From: an uncultured Gemmatimonadales bacterium
GTDB taxonomy: Bacteria; Gemmatimonadota; Gemmatimonadetes; Gemmatimonadales; GWC2-71-9
DNA: 64,000 nucleotides
Assembly (NCBI GenBank): GCA_963798915.1
Contig: CAWCVB010000002.1
Span: forward strand, 224,001-288,000
Reading direction: 5' to 3'
Positions 45,602 to 54,595 of this stretch are shown one piece after another (within the stretch, counting starts at the first letter, position 1; each line of letters begins with the position of its first letter). Under the pieces are notes generated by a model, which was not told where the DNA came from, did no database searches, and saw nothing but the letters and a program-made list of their open reading frames with translations. The position numbers and the translations under genes are program-made.

Positions 45602-47389
45602 ATGGCTGCAACCGACGTTTCACATCCCGACTACTACCACAAGGTGGTTGACTGCCAGTGGGCCTGTCCGGCCCACACCAACGTCCCCGGCTACCTCCGG
45701 CTGATCGCGCTGGGCCGCTACGACGACGCCTACATGCTCAACCGGGAGTCGAACGTCTTCCCGGGAATCCTGGGCCGCACCTGCGACCGCCCCTGCGAGC
45801 CGGCCTGCCGCCGGGGCCGGATCGACGACAAGCCGGTCGCGATTTGCCGCCTCAAGCGGGTCGCTGCCGACCGCCGCGGCGACATCACCGATCGCCTCCC
45901 GACCGGCGCCAGCGAGAAGAACGGCAAGCGGATCGCCTGTGTGGGTGCCGGCCCGGCCTCGCTTACGGTGGCCAACGACCTCCTCCCGCTGGGCTACGAG
46001 GTCACCATCTTCGAGCAGAACCCGACGCCCGGCGGCCTGATGCGGATCAACATTCCCGCATTCCGCCTCCCCCATCAGGTGCTGGATGAGGAATGTGACT
46101 ACGTGATCCGGATGGGCGCCGGGATGCGCTACGACACCCCGATCACCAGCATGAAGGCGCTGCTCGAGGAGGGCTACGACGCGGTGTTTGTGGGGAGCGG
46201 GGCGCCCAAGGGGAAAGAACTCGACCTTCCCGGCCGCTGGGACGCGCCCGACCAGGTCCACATCGGGATCGAGTGGCTCGCCAACATCCACTTCGGTCAC
46301 GTGACCGCAATCGAGCCGCGGGTGCTGATCATCGGTGTCGGCAACACCGCCATGGACTGCTGCCGCAGTGCCAAGCGCCTCGGCGCCACCGACGTGAAGG
46401 TGATCGCGCGGCGCGGCCGCAAGCACTTCAAGGCGTCGCCCTGGGAGCTGGAGGATGCCGAGGAGGAGCTGGTCGAGATCATCGAGAACCACCAGCCAAG
46501 CCGGTTCGTGGTCGAGGACGGCCGGCTCACCGGGCTGGAATTCGACGTGCTCGAGTGGGCCGAGGACGAGACCGGCCGGCAGCGGAGCAGGGTGCTCCGG
46601 CAGGAAGTCATTCCCTGCGACGCGGTGGTGCTCGCGATCGGCCAGGACAACGCCTTTCCGTGGATCGAGCGTGACGTCGGGATCGAGTTTGGCGAGTGGG
46701 AGATGCCGGTGGTGGACCGCACCACCTTCCAGTCCACGCGGCCCGGCATCTTCTTCGGCGGTGACGCGGCATGGGGCCCGGAGAACATCATCTGGGCCGT
46801 GGCCCACGGGCACGAAGCGGCGATCTCGATTCACGCGCACTGCGAGGGCCGCAACCTGCCCGACCGGCCGCCGCAGGGGATGACGCTGGCAAGCGCCAAG
46901 GTGGGGATGCAGAGCTGGTCATACGACAACGATTACGATCCCGACAAGCGCCAGCGGATGACCCATGAGGACCTCTCGACCCGGTTCCGCGACATCGGCA
47001 TCGAGGTGGAGCTGGGCTTCACCCCCGAGCAGGCGGCGATCGAAGTGCAGCGCTGCCTCAACTGCGACATCCAGACCCACTTCACGGCACCGCTCTGCAT
47101 CGAGTGCGACGCCTGTGTCGATGTCTGCCCCACCCGCTGCCTCACCATCACGACCAACGACTCACCCATCGACGAGTTGCGCCAGCGGCTCTCGGCACCG
47201 GCGCTGAACCTGGCCCAGGAGATCTACGTCTCCGGCGCGCTGCCACAGACCCGCCGGGTGATGGTCAAGGACGAGGACGTGTGTGTGCACTGCGGCCTCT
47301 GCGCCGAGCGGTGCCCCACCGCGGCGTGGGACATGCGAACGTTCGACCTGCAGCTGCCCTACGCGGGGCACGAGGCAATGGCACGATGA
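45602..47389 (+). CDS. GltD/DsrL-like FAD-dependent NAD(P)H oxidoreductase with C-terminal 2[4Fe-4S] ferredoxin domain (KorC-like subunit), 595 aa
   Basis: N-terminal CQWACP...CDRPCEPAC Fe-S motif, GAGPA FAD site, IIGVGNTAMDC nucleotide site followed by ARRGR, C-terminal CIECDACVDVCP and CVHCGLCAERCP. Confidence 0.88.
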   Translation: MAATDVSHPDYYHKVVDCQWACPAHTNVPGYLRLIALGRYDDAYMLNRESNVFPGILGRTCDRPCEPACRRGRIDDKPVAICRLKRVAADRRGDITDRLPTGASEKNGKRIACVGAGPASLTVANDLLPLGYEVTIFEQNPTPGGLMRINIPAFRLPHQVLDEECDYVIRMGAGMRYDTPITSMKALLEEGYDAVFVGSGAPKGKELDLPGRWDAPDQVHIGIEWLANIHFGHVTAIEPRVLIIGVGNTAMDCCRSAKRLGATDVKVIARRGRKHFKASPWELEDAEEELVEIIENHQPSRFVVEDGRLTGLEFDVLEWAEDETGRQRSRVLRQEVIPCDAVVLAIGQDNAFPWIERDVGIEFGEWEMPVVDRTTFQSTRPGIFFGGDAAWGPENIIWAVAHGHEAAISIHAHCEGRNLPDRPPQGMTLASAKVGMQSWSYDNDYDPDKRQRMTHEDLSTRFRDIGIEVELGFTPEQAAIEVQRCLNCDIQTHFTAPLCIECDACVDVCPTRCLTITTNDSPIDELRQRLSAPALNLAQEIYVSGALPQTRRVMVKDEDVCVHCGLCAERCPTAAWDMRTFDLQLPYAGHEAMAR

Positions 47390-49185
47390 GCGGCATCAAC
47401 GACTTCGCGTTCAAGATCGGCACCGTCAACGGCACCGGCTCCGCCAGCGCCAATTCCCTGCTGATGCAGGCCATCTTCCGGATGGGAATCCCGGTGACGG
47501 GCAAGAATGTCTTCCCGAGCAACATCCAGGGGCTGCCCACCTGGTATGAAATGCGGGTCAGCGGCGACGGCTGGACCGCGCGGCCGTCGGCACTCGACCT
47601 GATGGTGGCGCTCAACCCGGCGACGTACGACCGGGACATCGCAGCGGTGCGGCCGGGCGGCTTCTTTCTCTACGACTCGAGCTGGCCGCTCGATCCCGGC
47701 CTGGTGCGCGAACATGTCACGATCCTCGGCGTGCCGTTCGGGCGGATGTGCGTGGAGGCATTCGAGCGCGACCGGGACCGCACCCTGATGCGCAACATCG
47801 TGTACGCCGGCGCGCTGGCGGCGCTGCTCGACATCGACATGGAGGTCGTGGCCGGGATGCTGGATGAGAAGTTCGCGAAGAAGCAGCGGCTCCTCGACGC
47901 CAACCACCAGGCGATCCGGATGGGATACGACTACACCCGCGAGCATTGCGACTGCCCGCTGCCGTTCCACCTGCAGCGAATGAACGGGACCAGCGACCAC
48001 GTGCTGCTGGACGGCAACACCGCCTGCGCCCTCGGTGCGGTCTATGCCGGCGCGACGGTCGGGGCCTGGTATCCGATCACCCCGTCGACATCGCTGATGG
48101 AGGCGTTCACCGCATTCTGCCGGGAGTTCCGGACCGACCCGGTCACCGGCGAGCACCGCTACGCGATCGTGCAGGCCGAGGACGAGCTGGCGGCCGCCGG
48201 GATCGCGATCGGGGCGGGGTGGGCCGGCGCCAGGGCGTTCACCAACACCTCCGGGCCCGGGATCTCGCTGATGCAGGAGTTCATCGGGCTCGCCTACTAT
48301 ACCGAAATTCCGGCGGTCTTCTTTGACATCCAGCGCTGCGGTCCGTCAACCGGGATGCCGACGCGGACGCAGCAGGGCGACCTGCTGATGCTGGCCTATG
48401 CCTCGCACGGCGACACCAGGCACCCGGTGCTCTACCCGGCCAACCCGGCAGAGTGCTTCGAGATGAGCGTCAAGGCGTTCGATATCGCCGAGCGCTTCCA
48501 GACGCCGGTGTTCGTCGCCTCCGACCTCGACATCGGGATGAACGACTGGATGACGCCGCGGCTGGGCTGGAACGACGACTATCGCCCGGATCGGGGCAAG
48601 GTGCTCGATGCTGCCGCGCTCGAGGCGCTGCCCCGCTTTTCCCGCTACCTGGATGTTGATGGTGACGGGATTGCGGCCCGGACCCTGCCTGGAGTCGGGG
48701 CCAAGGGGGCCTACTTCGTGCGCGGCTCGGGTCATGACAAGCACGCCGGGTACACCGAGGACGCCGACGCGTACCAGGAAGTGGTCGACCGGCTCAAGCG
48801 CAAGGTCGACGGCGCGGCGGCGGCGGTGCCGGCACCGGTGTTCGACCGGGAACCGGGCGCCACCATCGGCCTGGTGACGATCGGCGGTTGTGATGCGGCG
48901 GTGCGCGAGGCGGTGGCGACGCTCCGCTTGCAGGGGCTCCGGCTCGACCTGATGCGGATCCGCGGCTTCCCGTTCAGCGGCGAGGTGGCGGCGTTCCTGG
49001 CCGAGCACGACCAGCTCTTCGTGATCGAGCAGAACCGCGACGCGCAGTTGCGGTCGCTGCTCGCGATCGAGCTCGGGATCCCGCGCGACCGGATGACACC
49101 GGTGCTCGACTACGGCGGCCTGCCGCTCCCTGCGCAGGTGGTGATCGACGCGCTCTCCCGCACCGTGACGGAGGTGGCGGCATGA
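47386..49185 (+). CDS. korA: 2-oxoacid:ferredoxin (acceptor) oxidoreductase alpha subunit, gamma-alpha fusion (599 aa)
   Basis: True start MSGINDFAFKIG at 47386 (ATGA overlap). Motifs NVFPSNIQG, WYPITPST, QAEDELAA, TSGPG, QRCGPSTGMPT. Substrate specificity cannot be determined from sequence by eye. Confidence 0.88.
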   Translation: MSGINDFAFKIGTVNGTGSASANSLLMQAIFRMGIPVTGKNVFPSNIQGLPTWYEMRVSGDGWTARPSALDLMVALNPATYDRDIAAVRPGGFFLYDSSWPLDPGLVREHVTILGVPFGRMCVEAFERDRDRTLMRNIVYAGALAALLDIDMEVVAGMLDEKFAKKQRLLDANHQAIRMGYDYTREHCDCPLPFHLQRMNGTSDHVLLDGNTACALGAVYAGATVGAWYPITPSTSLMEAFTAFCREFRTDPVTGEHRYAIVQAEDELAAAGIAIGAGWAGARAFTNTSGPGISLMQEFIGLAYYTEIPAVFFDIQRCGPSTGMPTRTQQGDLLMLAYASHGDTRHPVLYPANPAECFEMSVKAFDIAERFQTPVFVASDLDIGMNDWMTPRLGWNDDYRPDRGKVLDAAALEALPRFSRYLDVDGDGIAARTLPGVGAKGAYFVRGSGHDKHAGYTEDADAYQEVVDRLKRKVDGAAAAVPAPVFDREPGATIGLVTIGGCDAAVREAVATLRLQGLRLDLMRIRGFPFSGEVAAFLAEHDQLFVIEQNRDAQLRSLLAIELGIPRDRMTPVLDYGGLPLPAQVVIDALSRTVTEVAA

Positions 49186-50240
49186 GCTCGATCGCGAAGC
49201 CCCCCGTCTTCCATCCCAGCGCGCGCACCAACGCGCTTGGCCTCCAACTGCGCGACTACGAGGGGGGGATGTCGACCCTCTGTGCCGGGTGCGGGCATGA
49301 CTCGGTGACGGCAGCGCTGATCCAGGCGGCGTGGGAGCTGGCGATCCCGCCCCAGATGGCCGCCAAGATGAGCGGCATCGGCTGCTCGGCCAAGACCACC
49401 GCCTACTTCATGAAGCAGTCGCACGGCTTCAACAGCGTGCACGGCCGGATGCCGGCCGTCACCACCGGCGCGGCGGCGGCCAACCGCCAGCTGGTGTGCA
49501 TCGGTGTCTCGGGTGACGGCGACTCGCTGTCGATCGGCCTGGGACAGATGTGCCACGCAATCCGCCGCAACGTGAACATGCTTTATGTGCTCGACAACAA
49601 CGGCGTCTACGGCCTCACCAAGGGGCAGTTCTCCGCGTCGGCCGACGTGGGATCCAAGTCGAAGAAGGGCGAGGCCAACCTGCAGGCGCCGATTGACCCG
49701 GTGCTGCTGGGGCTGTCCCTGGGCGCGACCTTCGTGGCGCGATCGTTTTCGGGCGACAAGCGGCAGCTGGTGCCGATCCTCAAGGCGGGAATCGCCCATC
49801 GCGGCCTGGCGCTGGTGGACGTGATCTCGCCCTGCGTGACCTTCAACGATCACGAGGGGAGCACCAAGAGCTACGCGTACACCCGCACCCACGAGATCGA
49901 GGCGGTGGCGACCGACTTTGTTCCGCTGCAGCAGGAAATCACCGTGGCTCCCGGCGACGCGAAGGTGTTCGAGGTGCCCATGCACGACGGCACCCGGGTG
50001 CGACTCCGCCCCACCACCGACGACTACGATCCCACCGACCGCACCTCCGCCTACGCCCACGTGCGCGCCTGCCAGGCCCGGGGCGAGATCGCCACGGGCC
50101 TGTTGTTCGTGGATGAGTCGAGCGGCCGGGAAATGTGTGACGGGCTCCACCTGCCGGCCGCGCCACTGCACGACCTTCCTTACGAGACGCTCTGTCCCGG
50201 GAGCACAGCGCTCGACGAGCTGATGGGGCGGTATCGCTAG
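49182..50240 (+). CDS. korB: 2-oxoacid:ferredoxin oxidoreductase beta subunit (352 aa)
   Basis: LCAGCG, SGIGCS, HGR, TPP-binding GDGD...NNGVYGLTKGQ, SPCVTFN; ATGA overlap with korA. Confidence 0.9.
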   Translation: MSSIAKPPVFHPSARTNALGLQLRDYEGGMSTLCAGCGHDSVTAALIQAAWELAIPPQMAAKMSGIGCSAKTTAYFMKQSHGFNSVHGRMPAVTTGAAAANRQLVCIGVSGDGDSLSIGLGQMCHAIRRNVNMLYVLDNNGVYGLTKGQFSASADVGSKSKKGEANLQAPIDPVLLGLSLGATFVARSFSGDKRQLVPILKAGIAHRGLALVDVISPCVTFNDHEGSTKSYAYTRTHEIEAVATDFVPLQQEITVAPGDAKVFEVPMHDGTRVRLRPTTDDYDPTDRTSAYAHVRACQARGEIATGLLFVDESSGREMCDGLHLPAAPLHDLPYETLCPGSTALDELMGRYR

Positions 50241-50287
50241 GAGCGACCAGCTTGAGCGTCAGTCATGATGCACGCTCGACGTGCGGC

Positions 50288-50335
50288 CCGAGCTCGTCGC
50301 TGAAGCGACGGCTCGGCAGGTGTCGCTGAAGCGAC
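50288..50335. terminator. Two copies of hairpin GTCGC-TGAA-GCGAC between convergent genes (REP-like or terminator)
   Basis: GTCGCTGAAGCGAC at 50296-50309 and 50322-50335. The first extends to a longer bulged stem (50288-50316). No U-tract. Confidence 0.45.
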
Positions 50336-50365
50336 CGATGCGTTCGAGGCCTGACCGACCCGTCG

Positions 50366-50428
50366 TCACTCGAGTGACACGTGCCGAGCCGCGGCTTCCA
50401 GCCGCGAGCCCGACTGGTCAACGCTCAT
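50366..50428 (-). CDS. Putative 20-aa mini-ORF MSVDQSGSRLEAAARHVSLE (kinase-N-terminus-like)
   Basis: ATG overlaps the K18 stop (ATGA at 50425-50428). SRLEAA matches K7 MAELSRLEAAL. Confidence 0.45.
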   Translation of the reverse strand: MSVDQSGSRLEAAARHVSLE

Positions 50429-53109
50429 GGCGCGGGCCCCCACTTGAGACTCGGCGTGAAATGCTCGATCCTGACGAGCTGGGGTGGCGCGTCGGTGCCC
50501 TGTCCCACCATCAGAAAGTGCCGGTCGTCCGGGGCCACGGCATAGCGCGCATAGTCCAGCCCGGTCGCGGCGTCGCTGTGGAACAAGGCGTGCGGCGCGC
50601 CGGACCGGAACACGGGATTGGTGTCGACCTCCACGGCCATCAGGTCGAGCGTGCTGATGGCCCGGAAGAACAGTTCCTTTCCGGAATGCGCCCAGCGTGG
50701 TTCCACGCCTCCGTCCGTTGACACCTGCCACACCCCGCGGTTCACGTCCGGAAAGGGCCGCACGTACACCTCGCGCCGGCCGGAGGCAGTGGATACGTAG
50801 GCAATCCGGTGGCCGTCCGGCGAGATCACCGGGTTGGTTTCGGCCGCCGGTCCGGTGATGAGCGGCTGGAGCGTCGTATCGGAGCCGAGCCGCATGCCCA
50901 GGATGTCACCGGATCCGGCCTGGGCGCCAGAGGTCCGTACGACCAGCCACTGCCCGTCCGGTGATTCGCCGACCTCGGTGATGTCACGGTCACTCCGGAC
51001 GACCAGCGTGACACCACCTGTCCCGTCGGCCTGTTTCCGGAAGACCGCCTGCGGGTGCACGCGCTCGGAAATGAAGAGGATGGAGCGTCCGTCCCCGGCC
51101 CAGCTCGGGCGCACATCGGGAGCCGGATCCAGGGTGAAGCGGGTGAGCGGCCCTGACGGCAGTTGCTTGATCCAGATATCCGTGCCGGTGGTGCCGGCGC
51201 GCGAGAGTTCGACGGCCACCCGCTGGCCATCCGGTGACAGCGCTACTCCACGGATCTCACCGCCCTCCCGCCAGTCCCGGTCCACCGGGTGCGCCGTGCC
51301 GTCGCCTGCCACCCAGTCCAGCCGCGAGGTGGCACCCGGGGAGCCCGCGACATAGTAGAGCGCTCCGTCATCGCTCGCTGCCAGGTCCACCCCGGCGTAG
51401 GTGCCGCTTATGCGAGTACCGGACGCCACCGCCCTCGGCGGGGCAGTGAGCGCGAGGCGGCCCTCGTCGAAGGGGGCTGCCTGCAATGTCCCATCAACCG
51501 TCACGAAGAGCAGGTATCCGGCGGCATACCGGGCGCTCACCGCCTGGGTAACCACGCGGTGCTCGCCGGTACCAAGCCGCCAGGCCATGATGGAGAAATC
51601 TCCCGGGGCATCATTGGCATGGCGAAGCCGGAAGAGCGCCACTCGGTTCCCGGGGAGGATCTGCGGCCAGGCGATGCCGGTCTCATGCTGGAGCGTATCG
51701 AGCGGCGCCACCGTCCCGCGATCACTGCCATCGGGCCGTACCCGCTGCAGGCCTCCGACATCCGCGTCGAAATAGATGTATCCGTCGCTGGCCCAGTAGG
51801 CGCCGCTCGTGCCCAGGGGCGCCCCGACCACGGTCCGCGGCATCCCTCCACCAAGCTGCACCACCTTCATGATGCGACCATCGCGATCGGTGACGAAGCC
51901 GACCTGCCGGCCGTCGGGAGAGATGAACGGGTCGTAGGCGCCTTCCGTCCCGGGAATCGGAGTCGCGTTCAGGGTATTGCTGTGCTTCAGCCACAACCGT
52001 CCGCCAACCGAATCCCCACCGGTGTACACCAGGATGGATCCATCCCGGGAGACGGCCATATGGGTCCCCAGCATGGAAAGGCTCGGTGCCTGATCCGGAG
52101 GAAATCCCACGGCGAACTGCGACGGGAGCGACGGCTCCGATCGGAGTCGTCCCCAGAGCCAGAGCGCGACCGCGAGCACTGCGACGATCCAGCCCGCCAA
52201 GTTCATCAGACGGGAGAGTGGGCGATGGCGACTTCCCGTGCGCTCCCGTGTTCCGGAGGTGGAAGAGGCGATGGTCGTGGCACCGGAGAGCGCACTGGCA
52301 AATGCTGCTGTGCTGGCGAACCGGTCTGCGGGCAATTTCTGTAACGCGGTGAGCACCGCCGCATCCACGTGCTCCGGCACCGTCTTCCGCACGTCGCGCA
52401 GTGGCACCGGCTCCGCCGTGACCACCTTGGCCACGATCGCCTGTGCCGTGGGACCGGTGAAGGGCGGCTCGCCCGCGAGCATCTCGTAGGTCATCGCACC
52501 GAGCGCGTACACGTCGCTCTGAGCGGTGATCTCCCGCTCACCCATGGCCTGCTCGGGGCTCATGTAGTGCGGCGTGCCGAGCGACATCCCGGTTTCCGTC
52601 ATGCGGGTCCCGGCGGTCTTGCTCACCGCGAGTGCGATGCCGAAGTCGGCCACCAGGGCCTGGCCATCGTGCAGCATCACGTTCTCGGGCTTGATGTCGC
52701 GGTGGATCACGCCGTGGCGGTGGGCATAGTCGAGGGCGCTGGCCACCTCGCCGGCGATGCGGACGGCATCCCCGATGGGCAGCTGCTTCTCGCGGGCGAG
52801 CCGGTCGCGCAGTGACTCGCCCTCCACATACGGCATCACATAGAAGAGGAAGCTGCCGGCCTCACCCGAGTCGAAGAGCGGCAGGATGTGCGGGTGCTGC
52901 AGGTTGGCGGTAGTGCGAATTTCGGAGAGGAAGCGCTCGGCGCCGATCACGGCGGCAAGCTCGGGGCGGAGCACCTTGATCGCCACCTTGCGGTGGTGCT
53001 TGAGGTCTTCGGCGAGATAGACGGTGGCCATGCCGCCTTGGCCAAGTTCGCGCTCGATGCGGTAGCGGTCGGCGAGGGCGGCAGCCAGCTGCTCGACGGA
53101 GTCATTCAT
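50425..53109 (-). CDS. K18: Ser/Thr kinase + TM + PD40/TolB-like beta-propeller (894 aa)
   Basis: True start MNDSVEQLAAALADRY at 53109 (ATGA overlap with the upstream stop at 53106). Complete kinase motifs; TM LAGWIVAVLAVALWLWG. Confidence 0.92.
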   Translation of the reverse strand: MNDSVEQLAAALADRYRIERELGQGGMATVYLAEDLKHHRKVAIKVLRPELAAVIGAERFLSEIRTTANLQHPHILPLFDSGEAGSFLFYVMPYVEGESLRDRLAREKQLPIGDAVRIAGEVASALDYAHRHGVIHRDIKPENVMLHDGQALVADFGIALAVSKTAGTRMTETGMSLGTPHYMSPEQAMGEREITAQSDVYALGAMTYEMLAGEPPFTGPTAQAIVAKVVTAEPVPLRDVRKTVPEHVDAAVLTALQKLPADRFASTAAFASALSGATTIASSTSGTRERTGSRHRPLSRLMNLAGWIVAVLAVALWLWGRLRSEPSLPSQFAVGFPPDQAPSLSMLGTHMAVSRDGSILVYTGGDSVGGRLWLKHSNTLNATPIPGTEGAYDPFISPDGRQVGFVTDRDGRIMKVVQLGGGMPRTVVGAPLGTSGAYWASDGYIYFDADVGGLQRVRPDGSDRGTVAPLDTLQHETGIAWPQILPGNRVALFRLRHANDAPGDFSIMAWRLGTGEHRVVTQAVSARYAAGYLLFVTVDGTLQAAPFDEGRLALTAPPRAVASGTRISGTYAGVDLAASDDGALYYVAGSPGATSRLDWVAGDGTAHPVDRDWREGGEIRGVALSPDGQRVAVELSRAGTTGTDIWIKQLPSGPLTRFTLDPAPDVRPSWAGDGRSILFISERVHPQAVFRKQADGTGGVTLVVRSDRDITEVGESPDGQWLVVRTSGAQAGSGDILGMRLGSDTTLQPLITGPAAETNPVISPDGHRIAYVSTASGRREVYVRPFPDVNRGVWQVSTDGGVEPRWAHSGKELFFRAISTLDLMAVEVDTNPVFRSGAPHALFHSDAATGLDYARYAVAPDDRHFLMVGQGTDAPPQLVRIEHFTPSLKWGPAP

Positions 53110-54591
53110 GGATGTTGCTCGACGGCCTGGTGTGCCAGTGTCACCAGCGACCAGTAGGGCGGGGGATATCCGTCGCGCGCCCGGGCTTCGGCAGCCGCCC
53201 CACGCAGGTCCGCCGCCAGCGCGCGCTGGCGCGTCACGAACGCCTCGTGTGCCAGTGCTGATGATGCCGACATCCCTTCCGGAACAGGCCCGTGGCCGCC
53301 CAGGGCTGACCAGCACCCAGCTGTATCCCTTGGCCAGCCGCACGAGCGGCAGCCGATACCATGCATGATCCAGGGCTCGGCCCTCATCCGCCTGGTCGAG
53401 CATGGCATCAAGTACCGCGTTATCCAGGTGATCCTGCCAGAGCGCCGCGCTGTCCCGCCACTCGGCGACGACCACCAGTTGAGGATCGTACTCCAGATCT
53501 GATGGTTCCTGCGTCTCGAAGTGCCGGACGCCGAGCTCGGAGAGCCAGCGTCGGATGCCGGGGCGGGAGATGGTGGAGCGTCCCATCCACAGCGTGATGC
53601 CCTCGTCGTGGTAGGCGGACGAGGCCACCTCCGAACAGAAGAGGTGCGAGGGATCACTGTAGTCCATCGTGAAGTCGTACGGGATGTGACCGGCCCGCGC
53701 GCGTGCCAGCATGCGCGACGCGGCACGATGCGGCAGCATGGGGTCGGCTTCAAGAGCGGGCAGGTCCGCCCTCGGACGCAGCACCATCACGCGCAGCTTC
53801 TTGTCGGCCAGGTACTGCTCGGCGCTGGACACGGCGACGCCGATCTCGATGTGCGCTTCGATGACCGACACCTGGCGCGTGGCCGAATCGATGTAGACCA
53901 GGCCGACGTGCGAAAAATTTCCCGGGTAGTCATTGCCGCGGGCGATGAGCGCTGACGTGGGATAGCCGCCGCGGGAGACCAGCATGTCACCCGAATGAAT
54001 GCGAACGCCATGCACCAGGGCGGACGGCGTGGCGGACGGTTCGTCGCGTCCGAGAAGAAGCGCGGGACTGCTGTCGGGGTGCTGCAGCATCGCCTCCTCC
54101 ACCGCGGCCCGGGCGCCATAGAGCAGGCGATAGAGGCGTTGCCTTGCCTCGAGCTGGTCGGGATCCCAGTGACGCGACTGGTCCTTGATAACCTCGCGGA
54201 GCCGGCCGGCAAGCGCGACGTAGCCCCGGAGCTGCGAGGGACAGGCCGCGACGACGGGGCCGGTGGCGAAGAAGTCATCTTCCAGGGCCTGGAGGCGGGG
54301 ATCTGTCGGCCTCACCGGGGTGCCGGCGAGACTGTCGAGGTCTGCCGCCACGTCAGCGATCCTGAGGGCGGATGTATTGGTGGCTCCGCTGCAGCCGGCC
54401 GCTCGCGCAGCGACGAAGCGGCCCTCGAGCGCGCGCCAGAGCGAGTCCTGGTTCCAGGCAAAGGGAACACCGCGTGGCGGCGCGGGCGGCACCCTTACCG
54501 AGCGAGCGGGAACCGAGAGGAGCAGCACACCGAGGACACCAGCGAGGGTGATCCCGAGGCGTGACCGGGCAGTCAAGAGGCGAGCTCGCAC
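53106..54591 (-). pseudogene. YiiX/YebB-like permuted papain-like (NlpC/P60) cysteine hydrolase with N-terminal signal/anchor; one-base insertion at about 53304 (probably artefact)
   Basis: GDMLVSRG, FSHVGLV (His), PYDF...LFCSEV (Cys) and PSDL motifs in permuted order. The C-terminus continues in another frame (LGGHGPVPEGMS...YPPPYWSL) ending at 53106. Start GTG 54591 or TTG 54576. Confidence 0.8.
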
Positions 54592-54595
54592 GCTT

